NCBI GenBank assembly: GCA_040506195.1
Contig: JBEVXH010000010.1
Coordinates: 16,993-80,992, forward strand
Origin: Candidatus Thiodiazotropha sp.
GTDB lineage: Bacteria; Pseudomonadota; Gammaproteobacteria; Chromatiales; Chromatiaceae
Direction: 5' to 3'
DNA: 64,000 bases
Within the stretch, counting starts at the first letter, position 1. Every line of letters begins with the position of its first letter. The position numbers and the translations under genes are program-made. The notes under the pieces are model-generated. The model was not told the origin of the DNA. It ran no database searches and worked only from the letters and a program-made list of their open reading frames with translations. Shown here in pieces: positions 43,480-52,123 of this stretch.

Positions 43480-43505
43480 ATTTTTCTCCGTGTTCATTAA
43501 AATTC

Positions 43506-46487
43506 TTAGTAGTACTGCCGGATGTATCCGAATGCCTTGTCAAACAGGTCCTGATCCTTGATCTTGTATTTGACGTAAATCACCTTGCGCAGCGCTTTCT
43601 GCACTTCACGTTCTCCTGCCTTGGTGTCCTGCCAACCCGGAAAGCGAACCAGACGCACAATCTCGTCGATGTCGGCCACAATCCGCTCGACCACGACCGG
43701 CGTCTTGCCGCTCTTCACCTCAACGAACAGCTCGGTCAAAGCCGCTTTCGCCTTCGCCTGTTCATCGACGGGGTCCACCCGCTTCTCGGCCTGAACGACC
43801 TCCTTGGCCAGAGTCAGCAGCTCCTTGAGAAAATCGATGCTGTGCAGCAGCCCCTGTTCATGCCGTTCTTTCAGCTTTTCGAGACGCTCGCCCAGGGCTA
43901 CGAACTTCGGGTTGTCCTTGTGCTTGCGCAATCGGGCAATAATCTTGATCTCGATCTCCTTGGATTTTTTCTCCGGGTCCTTGGCATCGAGCAATCCCTC
44001 AAGCACTTCGGCGTCCATCACCAGGGTGTCTAAATCGTCCCGCACGGTTTCCAGGTGGACATTTTCGTGGACCAGTTCGATGGTCTTTGCCCCAAGCGTA
44101 TGCCAGAGCAGTTTGCCGTTACCGCTCGGCGGTTTTACCGATTCATAGATCTGGGTCAGCCATTTGTAGTCGGTTTGGTAGGGCCCCAGGCAGGGGTCTG
44201 GGGACAATGCCTCCCAGAGACGGGAGAGCACTGAGTATTCAGCCGCAAACCTGTCCCGGGTCTCGTTATCCGGCAGGCAGTCCTGCGCCGCAATCAGTCC
44301 CTCGTAGCCGCCGACGGTGCGGTCCACTCCGGGGAAGAACGCCAGACATTTCGCCACCACGCCCGGCAGTTCTTTCTTGAGGTCATCCAGGTTGGTGATG
44401 ACCTTCTGCACCGCTTTCTCGTCGAAATCGAGTGCCGTGGCCACGTCGTCGAAGATGCCGAGGTAGTCCACGATCAGGCCATGGGTCTTGCCGGTATAGA
44501 CGCGGTTGGTTCGGCAGATCGCCTGCAGCAGGTTGTGGTCCTTCATCGGTTTGTCCAGATACATGACCTGCAAAATCGGCGCATCGAATCCGGTCAGCAG
44601 CTTGGAGGTGACGATCAGGAATTTGAGCGGGTCTTCAGGATCCCGGAATCGATCCAGCAGCTCCTCCTCTTCATCCTTGGAAAGTTTCCACTCGGCAAAT
44701 GCGTCCGACTTGCCGCCCTGGGTATGCATGACAATGGCACTTGCCTCTGGGCCGACCAGCTCGTCCATGGCCTTCTTATAGAGCACGCAGCATTCCCGGT
44801 CGAAGGTCACCACCTGGGCCTTGAAACCGTTCGGCTCGACCTTGTCCCGGTAGTGATTGACAATGTGCTGGCAGATGGCCTGCACACGGGCCGGGGCCTT
44901 GATCAGCACCGCCATTTTGGCGGCCCGCCTGGCCAGGTCATCCTTATCCTCTTCGCTCAACTGGTCGGTCATCTGAGCATAGGCTTCGTCGATGGCATCC
45001 TTATCGATGTGCAGTTTTACGTCCACGGCCTCAAAGTGAAGCGGCAACGTGGCCTTGTCCCGGATCGAGTCCTGGAACGAGTAGCGGCTCATGTAGCCTT
45101 GCTCATCTTCATCCGCGCCGAATGCCCAGAAGGTGTTACGGTCCCGCTTGTTGATCGGCGTGCCGGTCAAGCCAAAGAGGAAAGCATTGGGCAGCGCATC
45201 TCGCATCTGGCGACCCAGATCACCTTCCTGGGTGCGGTGCGCCTCGTCCACCATCACAATGATGTTCGGGCGCTCGTTCAGGCGGCCGCCCGCCTCGCCG
45301 AACTTGTGAATGGTGGTGATGATGATCTTGCGGGTATCGGCTGCCAGCAGGCTTTGTAGTTCCTGTCGAGTAGCGGCCCCGATCATGTTTGGGATATCGG
45401 CGGCGTTGAAGGTGGCGGTGATCTGGGTGTCCAGGTCGATGCGGTCCACCACGATCATCACCGTGGGGTTGCCGAGCTTGCGATGCATCCGCAGCTTCTG
45501 CGCCGCGAACACCATCAGAAGCGACTTGCCCGAGCCCTGAAAGTGCCAGATCAGGCCCTTCTTGGGATACCCCTTGACCACACGGGCGACCATCAGATTC
45601 GCGCCTTCGTACTGCTGATAGCGGCAGATGATCTTGATGCGGCGGTGTTTCTTGTCGGTGGCGAACAGGGTAAAGTTCTGTAGGATGTCCAGCACCACAT
45701 GGGGTCGCAGCATGGAACGGATGGAGCGCTGCACGTCTGCAAGGGTCCCCTCGGCCTTGTTGTCACCTTCGTGCCACGGCCCCCAGATATCGATGGGCAT
45801 GCGCACCGAGCCGTAGCGATAGCACTTACCCTCGGTAGCAAAGGAGAGGACGTTGGGTACGAACATCTGCGGCACGCTCTGTTCGTAGCCGTTGTGGATG
45901 TCGCTGGCCCCGTCCACCCAGGTCACCGCCGGGCGCACCGGCGTCTTGGCCTCGCCGATCACCAGTGGGATGCCATTGACCAGCATGATGATGTCGAAGC
46001 GCCGGCCACCCTCCTTGACCGGATAAACCCACTGGTTGGTGACCACGTAGTCGTTATTGCTCAGGTTCTCGAAGTCAATCAGGCGCACCGGCGTGTGTTC
46101 GCCGCGTTCACCGAAGGGCATGGACTTCTCACCCCGCAGCCATTCGGCGAACAGCTCGTTGGCCCGCACCAGTCCTTCGCTCTGTACCGACAGAGGAATG
46201 GTTCGCAGGCGATAGAGCACCTCGTCGGCGCGGTCAGGCTGGGCCTTGATTTCCGGATTCAGGCGGATGAGGGCCTCGCGTACCACCGACTCCACCAGTA
46301 CATCAGAGTGTTGGCGTGGTAATTCCTCGGCGGATACGAAACGCCATTTAAGGCTTGTAATCTGAAGGGTGAGGTGTGAATCAAGATAATCAGTCTGCGG
46401 CTCAGCAACGCACCACTGATTGTCCTTGTCAGACAGCGTGTCCAGCACGAGTTGTTCAACTGTATTTTCCTCATTGAAATAGGTCAT
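43506..46487 (-). CDS. hsdR: Type I restriction enzyme R subunit
   Basis: FDIIMLVNGIPLVIGEAK nuclease motif, HFQGSGKS, DEAH, LLTGFDAP. Confidence 0.95.
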   Translation of the reverse strand: MTYFNEENTVEQLVLDTLSDKDNQWCVAEPQTDYLDSHLTLQITSLKWRFVSAEELPRQHSDVLVESVVREALIRLNPEIKAQPDRADEVLYRLRTIPLSVQSEGLVRANELFAEWLRGEKSMPFGERGEHTPVRLIDFENLSNNDYVVTNQWVYPVKEGGRRFDIIMLVNGIPLVIGEAKTPVRPAVTWVDGASDIHNGYEQSVPQMFVPNVLSFATEGKCYRYGSVRMPIDIWGPWHEGDNKAEGTLADVQRSIRSMLRPHVVLDILQNFTLFATDKKHRRIKIICRYQQYEGANLMVARVVKGYPKKGLIWHFQGSGKSLLMVFAAQKLRMHRKLGNPTVMIVVDRIDLDTQITATFNAADIPNMIGAATRQELQSLLAADTRKIIITTIHKFGEAGGRLNERPNIIVMVDEAHRTQEGDLGRQMRDALPNAFLFGLTGTPINKRDRNTFWAFGADEDEQGYMSRYSFQDSIRDKATLPLHFEAVDVKLHIDKDAIDEAYAQMTDQLSEEDKDDLARRAAKMAVLIKAPARVQAICQHIVNHYRDKVEPNGFKAQVVTFDRECCVLYKKAMDELVGPEASAIVMHTQGGKSDAFAEWKLSKDEEEELLDRFRDPEDPLKFLIVTSKLLTGFDAPILQVMYLDKPMKDHNLLQAICRTNRVYTGKTHGLIVDYLGIFDDVATALDFDEKAVQKVITNLDDLKKELPGVVAKCLAFFPGVDRTVGGYEGLIAAQDCLPDNETRDRFAAEYSVLSRLWEALSPDPCLGPYQTDYKWLTQIYESVKPPSGNGKLLWHTLGAKTIELVHENVHLETVRDDLDTLVMDAEVLEGLLDAKDPEKKSKEIEIKIIARLRKHKDNPKFVALGERLEKLKERHEQGLLHSIDFLKELLTLAKEVVQAEKRVDPVDEQAKAKAALTELFVEVKSGKTPVVVERIVADIDEIVRLVRFPGWQDTKAGEREVQKALRKVIYVKYKIKDQDLFDKAFGYIRQYY

Positions 46488-49069
46488 TTCTGTCCGCCTC
46501 CCGCCAATGAGGAAAGTTTTTTGCTCGTCAATCTTGCCAGAATGTCATCACTTCCCAGTTTCGCTTCGGCCATCTTGCGTGCAGCAAGCTCCCTCCATTC
46601 AATGACTCCAGGCGACTGGAAAGAGTCCCAGAGCGTACGCATTGTTGTCATGCATTCTTCTGAAAACTTTTTGAAGTCTTCAACGCTTATGTAAAAAACA
46701 TCTCCCGTGTGAGGTTCAGCAGCAAAATGCAATTTGTCCGACGTCGAACAAAATACGACCGAGAAACTTACTCCAGGGTGTTCTGCTGCGAGGGTGTCTG
46801 GATGGGCCTTGGCTTGAAGTGTTTTCTCTTTTGAGACGACAGGATTCTCTCCGGTTGCCGTGTAATCCTCAAAAACAACGCCCTGTCGTCCAAAGATCCA
46901 CCACGGGTCAGGATCACCGGATCGCTCAATGTTCCCCGATTCAAAACCCAGCAGGCGACCGAGCTTGACCTGCGCTTCTTCAAACGGCTTTGATTCCGTG
47001 CTTGAAAGCCCTTCCCGGATGGCCTGGAAATATTTTTCGATTTTCACGCTGCCAGACTTTCCAAACCGCTCAAGGACTCCTTCTATACGCTCGATGCGCT
47101 CTCCATAAATGACATCGACGGGTGCTTCCTGCGTCTGGTTGGAGAGCAGCTTTTGAATCTGTTTGAGCCATGGCAACGTACTGGCGCATGAAAAGGCAGC
47201 AGAAAAATGTTCTTGAGCTATCTGTGCTTGCTCCGCCTGGAAGGCTGCCGAGCCAGCAAGGTAATTCCAAAGAGCAGAATATCCCTTCAGATCATGCCCA
47301 CCGGCGAGGCTGGCCAACACGTCTTTTGCGGAAGAAAGCGCGCTGTCAAAATCGCCGGACCAAAGGGCATCGTGAAATTTCACTTCATGCACAACAGAGT
47401 TCCCGACCGGACTTGCCGATGGTATGGGCGATTGAGTCAGTTCGTCTCTTGTTTCCAATATATGGTTATCGGCCGATTTCCACTCTGGCCCGTGGGCAAC
47501 GAATATGTCGATGTTATCCCCCAGTTCAGACGGATTATCGACTTTTGATTGTTCGACACCAAAATTGACTTCGGCCTGAAGTTCCGGATGTAGTGTTTCT
47601 CGCTTTTCCGGCATGTGGAAATACTGATGCACCTTGTCGCCGATAATCACCACGAGCGCATAGTCGGTTGATGAGCGTGTGCATCTTCCTACCGCCTGAG
47701 TGATCCTGGTGCAGATGCGAACCTGGAAGAGGACAGAGGCCCCAAGGCGGCTGATGATGAAGCGCTCCTGAAGATTTGTAGATTCCGGAAGACCATAGAT
47801 GATCAGGTATCTGCATTCGTCTCCGATCAGATCGATTCCGTCATACCTGTTCGCCAGAACCGCAATGGCGGAACCAGCTTGGGTAAATGATTTCTTCGAC
47901 GCCTCCAGTTGTGCGGCGTCAAAGAGGGTATGACCCTGCGTCGCCGGAAGTACTCCAATGACTTCTCTGACTTTGTCAGCATCACGGTTACTTGGGGTGA
48001 GGACGAGTGCTCTGTCAAATTTCGTAGTCCAGGAAATCGCGAGGCTCAATGAAGCCGCTTCATCCCACACCCTCATAGGAAACACGAAGAAGCGTCGACC
48101 GATTCCCTGCTTATCCCAGCCCTCTGGAGCGGGTATCCGTTCGATTTTCTTCCGCCCGAAAATTCTTTCCAGATCCCCGCCTTCTCCGAGAGTCGCGGAC
48201 ATATAAATGCGCTGCCGCGCATTCTGAAACGGCGCAAAGCTCTTGGTGGGCGCGATAAGAGGACGAATGAGAATGGAATTGCTGGTGTAATAGAGATGAC
48301 AGGCGTGGAGGTGATCTCTGATCATGCGCCATCGATAACCGTATTCCTCCGGGCTCTCATCGTCTCTGGAGGCAGTGTCAATCGCTGCCGTCAGAGCGGT
48401 CCTGCACTTGAGTAAATAAGGCGTCGGGATCTTGTTCACGAATGACGTATCAAGCGATCCCTCATTACCCTGGTCGTAACGGAGCTGGTCATTTTCCGTG
48501 GTGTAAGGCGCGATGATCTGCCAGATTGCATCGAAGGTAGATTCATCCTGATAGCGCCGGACCTCCAACGACCAGAAACTCGACACATAATTCTCGGCGG
48601 CGTGGGCATCGTCAAAAATGAGTGTATGGACATCGCTGAAAAACGGATTTGTGTTGAACAGAGCGCTGTAGGTGGCAACGCCTATTGATTCGCAATTGTT
48701 GAAAGCGGTCTTGTCGGCCTCCGGGTACTGGTGTTTGGACCCCGAGAAATCAAGAGCGTTGATTCCGTATTTTTCTTTGGCCTGTTCAACGACCTGATGG
48801 ACAAGCTGTTTGGTAGGACAAAGCAGTACGCACCTCTCCCGTTTTGTTCTTCTGCGCCACTCTGCGATCAGGAGGCCAACCAGGGTCTTGCCGCTGCCGG
48901 TGGGCAGCTCAAGTGCGATATCACGATTGTCGACATGGTCCATGTAGTTGCGGAGCATGTCTGCCTGCTGCGCAAGAAGGCCTTCTACGGTACGGTCCCG
49001 CAGATCACGGAACAGCGACTCAGGATCTTTGATGGATACCGAATATTTCTGAGGGATTTTAAATGCCAT
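46484..49069 (-). CDS. SF2 (DinG/XPD-like) helicase with a C-terminal nuclease-like domain, Hna-like
   Basis: LPTGSGKT, DDAH, SATLG, YDGIDL, QAVGRCTR; C-terminal GDPDPWW...VVFED. Start at MAFK (49069) behind an AGGAGG RBS. Confidence 0.75.
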   Translation of the reverse strand: MAFKIPQKYSVSIKDPESLFRDLRDRTVEGLLAQQADMLRNYMDHVDNRDIALELPTGSGKTLVGLLIAEWRRRTKRERCVLLCPTKQLVHQVVEQAKEKYGINALDFSGSKHQYPEADKTAFNNCESIGVATYSALFNTNPFFSDVHTLIFDDAHAAENYVSSFWSLEVRRYQDESTFDAIWQIIAPYTTENDQLRYDQGNEGSLDTSFVNKIPTPYLLKCRTALTAAIDTASRDDESPEEYGYRWRMIRDHLHACHLYYTSNSILIRPLIAPTKSFAPFQNARQRIYMSATLGEGGDLERIFGRKKIERIPAPEGWDKQGIGRRFFVFPMRVWDEAASLSLAISWTTKFDRALVLTPSNRDADKVREVIGVLPATQGHTLFDAAQLEASKKSFTQAGSAIAVLANRYDGIDLIGDECRYLIIYGLPESTNLQERFIISRLGASVLFQVRICTRITQAVGRCTRSSTDYALVVIIGDKVHQYFHMPEKRETLHPELQAEVNFGVEQSKVDNPSELGDNIDIFVAHGPEWKSADNHILETRDELTQSPIPSASPVGNSVVHEVKFHDALWSGDFDSALSSAKDVLASLAGGHDLKGYSALWNYLAGSAAFQAEQAQIAQEHFSAAFSCASTLPWLKQIQKLLSNQTQEAPVDVIYGERIERIEGVLERFGKSGSVKIEKYFQAIREGLSSTESKPFEEAQVKLGRLLGFESGNIERSGDPDPWWIFGRQGVVFEDYTATGENPVVSKEKTLQAKAHPDTLAAEHPGVSFSVVFCSTSDKLHFAAEPHTGDVFYISVEDFKKFSEECMTTMRTLWDSFQSPGVIEWRELAARKMAEAKLGSDDILARLTSKKLSSLAGGGQK

Positions 49070-49202
49070 GGAGTAACCCTCCTTGGTTTCTATTGCATGC
49101 ACCGCCGTAACTGGCGAGCTTTTCGGCAACCATGTTCGAAGTTACGCCCTCGCAGAGCGTGTCGAGAACCATCTGTTCGACCGTGTTTTCTTCGTTAAAC
49201 AT
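49059..49202 (-). pseudogene. Vestigial 47-codon copy of the hsdR 5' end
   Basis: Manual translation gives MFNEENTVEQMVLDTLCEGVTSNMVAEKLASY..., versus functional HsdR MTYFNEENTVEQLVLDTLSDKDNQWCVAEPQTDY. Confidence 0.85.
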
Positions 49203-50376
49203 GGGTGGCTCCCTTTGTCACATCATTCGCAATTTGCCGTTGAAGCCCAAGAAGAACTTCAACATGCTTAGTTAGCTGTTCCTCACCAGCACTAATGGTT
49301 GAAAGTTTATCCACGATTTCTCTTTGAACATGAAGGCCAGGAACAAGCAGCTTATGCTGTCGCAGATCCTTTCCATTAACTTTCCATATTCCATTTGTGG
49401 ATTTAGCAAAAGCCAGGAGTTTTCCGTGAGTCAAGGGGTCATTCCATTGCTCGACTGCAAAGGCGGGAAGAATCTGTTTTTCATCGAAAGCTATTCGGAT
49501 GAGAAGATCAGGATAAAAACAATTCTCTGGTAGTTCTGATACAAGACCAGCTTTTCCACAGAGGGTTTTGTTGCCGTTACCTCTCACAACTAAAATATCC
49601 CCCGAAGCTAAACGAAACTTCTCAAGGTCCGATGGTGAGATTTCGGCATATTTTGTATTTCCATTCGGATCAACTTTTCCATCCCTTACCGCACCAATAC
49701 TTAATGTGGGACAACCTGCTTCTGATGCGTTAGTCTTAGGAGAAAAGCCATTCCGAGGTGGTGTGCTGTATAATTTACTGCATGCCACCTCACGGGTTGA
49801 CTCATGTCGCAAAGACGCTCTAAGTGTTTGGCTTTTTAGGGCGGCAAGTGCGTTCAAAGATTCTTTGTATTTCTGCACTGCATCATCCGCTGTCCACAGG
49901 ATCTCGGCAATGCGCTTCTGTTCATCGAGGGGTGGCAGCGGGAACTCCTGCACTTTCAAAGCTTTCCAATTGATCGTTGGTGAGAGTGATCCCACCGATA
50001 TTTCAATGGCCCGCTCCATGAACATATCGGACTGCAGAAAGAACGGCAGAAAATCTGGGAGAATATGCTTTCCTGTTGGTCTCAGAACCATTCCATGAGC
50101 AGAGAAGAAACCGTCATGCGGAGCAATTGCGACTCGGCGAAGATAGGCATTGCGCTTTGCAAAAAGTAAGTCGCCTTTTTTCATGCGAAGCTTTTGACCT
50201 TTCAGGTCGGCATCAGAACCCCAGCGTTTGACATGTAGCGAGCCCGAGTCGAGGTGCTCTAACCCGATATAATTACGGCTGTCTTCTTCGGTTGGTTGGC
50301 CTTGTTCTCGGACGCATTCAACAAAGTCCCCAAACTTCAATATTTTCCAAGCAGGCTTCAGATTTTGCTCACTCAT
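49195..50376 (-). CDS. hsdS: Type I RM specificity subunit
   Basis: Two TRDs separated by PLPPLDEQKRIAEIL; second conserved region PGLHVQREIV. Confidence 0.92.
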   Translation of the reverse strand: MSEQNLKPAWKILKFGDFVECVREQGQPTEEDSRNYIGLEHLDSGSLHVKRWGSDADLKGQKLRMKKGDLLFAKRNAYLRRVAIAPHDGFFSAHGMVLRPTGKHILPDFLPFFLQSDMFMERAIEISVGSLSPTINWKALKVQEFPLPPLDEQKRIAEILWTADDAVQKYKESLNALAALKSQTLRASLRHESTREVACSKLYSTPPRNGFSPKTNASEAGCPTLSIGAVRDGKVDPNGNTKYAEISPSDLEKFRLASGDILVVRGNGNKTLCGKAGLVSELPENCFYPDLLIRIAFDEKQILPAFAVEQWNDPLTHGKLLAFAKSTNGIWKVNGKDLRQHKLLVPGLHVQREIVDKLSTISAGEEQLTKHVEVLLGLQRQIANDVTKGATHV

Positions 50377-51899
50377 AGAGCACCTCCTCCTATTCGTGCG
50401 CCCTCAAGCACATTGATGAGGTCACTCATAGAATCCCGGAGATCCATCGAGCTTTCCTGCCAGTTGGTAATAGCGTCGGTCAAACTGACATCTTCGTTAC
50501 TGCCATTTCCATGACTTCGATCCGAACGAATGACATTCACATAAAGTGGCAAATTCAAGCTGCACTCTTTTCCCCGGATCTCGTCGTTACTGACCACCCG
50601 GGCAAAACCGCCCTCATCGCCAAAGGCCTGGTAAGCGGAGACAATACGCTGGAGGTGGTCATCAGTAAGAAAGCTCTGCGCTCGCTCGCGGGTCACCTCG
50701 TTCACCGCGTTGATGAAGAGCACCTTGTTCCTGCGCTCCTTGGGCTTGTTCATCCGGCAGATAACAACGCAGGCTTCCATGGGTGAGTTGTAGAAAAGGT
50801 TAGGCCCGAGACCCAGCACACACTCCACTACGTCATGGGCGACCAGCTTCTCACGCATAGCCAGTTCCTCGTTGCGGAAGAGGACGCCATGCGGAAACAG
50901 GATGGCGCAGCGGCCGCTCCTGGTCTTCATGCTCTGGATGATGTGCTGCCAGAAGGCATAGTCGGCGCGGCCCTGTGGCGGAGTGCCGTAGATGTTCCGG
51001 CCCCACGGATCGGCGGCCCAGGCTTCGCGGTCCCACTGCTTGATGGAATACGGCGGATTGGCCAGCACCACATCGAACTCCATGAGCCGGTCGCCTTCGA
51101 CGAATGCGGGATGGGCCAGGGTATCGCCCCGGACGATGCGGAAGTCCTCGATGCCGTGCAGGAACAGGTTCATGCGGCCGATGGCCGAGGTGAGCAGGTT
51201 GCGCTCCTGACCATAGAGTCTAAGGTTGCGCCATTCCTTGTTCTGCCGCTTGAGATGGGTGACGGCGGAGAGCAGCATGCCGGCCGAACCACACGTCGGG
51301 TCATAGATCGACTCGCCCGGCCTGGGTTCGAGCATCTCGGTCATCAGGTGAACCACGGTGCGGTTGGTATAGAACTCCGCAGCGGTATGGCCGGAATCGT
51401 CGGCGAACTTCTTGATCAGAAATTCATAGCCCACACCCAGCTCATCCTCCGGGCAGTTGGTAACTGAAAGCGTCTGAGAGCTAAAATGCTCAATCAGTTC
51501 GCGCAGCATGTGGTCAGGCAGGCGGTCCTTATTGGTCCACTGGGCATCGCCGAAGACCCCGTAGAGGGTGTCAGGGTTGGCCTTCTCTATGGCTCGCAGG
51601 GCATCCTGGATGGCCTTGCCCACATTCTTGACCTTGGTGCGGGTCGCCTTCCAGTGGGCATCCTCCGGGATCTGGAAACGGTGCTGCTCGGGCAGCGCAG
51701 CGTATTCCTGGTCACCGCCAGATTCTTCCAGCGCATCGGCCAGTTCCTCGTCGTACACGTCGCACAGCCGCTTGTAGAACAGTAGAGGGAAGATGAATTG
51801 CTTGTAATCCCCGGCGTCGATGTAGCCACGCAGCAAGGTAGCCGCACCCCAGAGATAGGATTCCAGCGCTGATTGGGAAATGTGCTTGCTCTTCTTCAT
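50373..51899 (-). CDS. hsdM: Type I RM methyltransferase subunit M2 (NPPY)
   Basis: DPTCGSAGML and VLANPPY. Start at ATG 51899 (ATGA overlap). Confidence 0.93.
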   Translation of the reverse strand: MKKSKHISQSALESYLWGAATLLRGYIDAGDYKQFIFPLLFYKRLCDVYDEELADALEESGGDQEYAALPEQHRFQIPEDAHWKATRTKVKNVGKAIQDALRAIEKANPDTLYGVFGDAQWTNKDRLPDHMLRELIEHFSSQTLSVTNCPEDELGVGYEFLIKKFADDSGHTAAEFYTNRTVVHLMTEMLEPRPGESIYDPTCGSAGMLLSAVTHLKRQNKEWRNLRLYGQERNLLTSAIGRMNLFLHGIEDFRIVRGDTLAHPAFVEGDRLMEFDVVLANPPYSIKQWDREAWAADPWGRNIYGTPPQGRADYAFWQHIIQSMKTRSGRCAILFPHGVLFRNEELAMREKLVAHDVVECVLGLGPNLFYNSPMEACVVICRMNKPKERRNKVLFINAVNEVTRERAQSFLTDDHLQRIVSAYQAFGDEGGFARVVSNDEIRGKECSLNLPLYVNVIRSDRSHGNGSNEDVSLTDAITNWQESSMDLRDSMSDLINVLEGARIGGGAL

Positions 51900-52123
51900 C
51901 GCGCTATCACTTCCCATTCGTATATGTCCGTTGGAATATCAACGCCATCCAGGGAGTCCCAATCGTAGTCACCGGTTGCCTGGGTGTAGACGTCATCAGC
52001 CGCAGCCAGGGCTGAGTGATAGGAACCGAGCAACTCGTCCTTGAACCACAGGCCCCAGCGGCCATTGGCTTGCGGTTTGATGAGGAAACGGCCGATCGGC
52101 GACCTGTACTGATACATCTTCAT
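51896..52123 (-). CDS. 75-aa hypothetical protein between the two hsdM genes
   Basis: ATGA overlaps at both ends; globular-looking, Trp/Asp-rich sequence. Confidence 0.7.
   Translation of the reverse strand: MKMYQYRSPIGRFLIKPQANGRWGLWFKDELLGSYHSALAAADDVYTQATGDYDWDSLDGVDIPTDIYEWEVIAR

Noticed and set aside
37475-43497. Ordinary housekeeping grpE-dnaK-dnaJ operon
   Set aside because: The Hsp70 has an inserted domain and lacks the canonical linker, the J-like protein lacks HPD and a zinc finger, and the locus is inside a mobile defence island.
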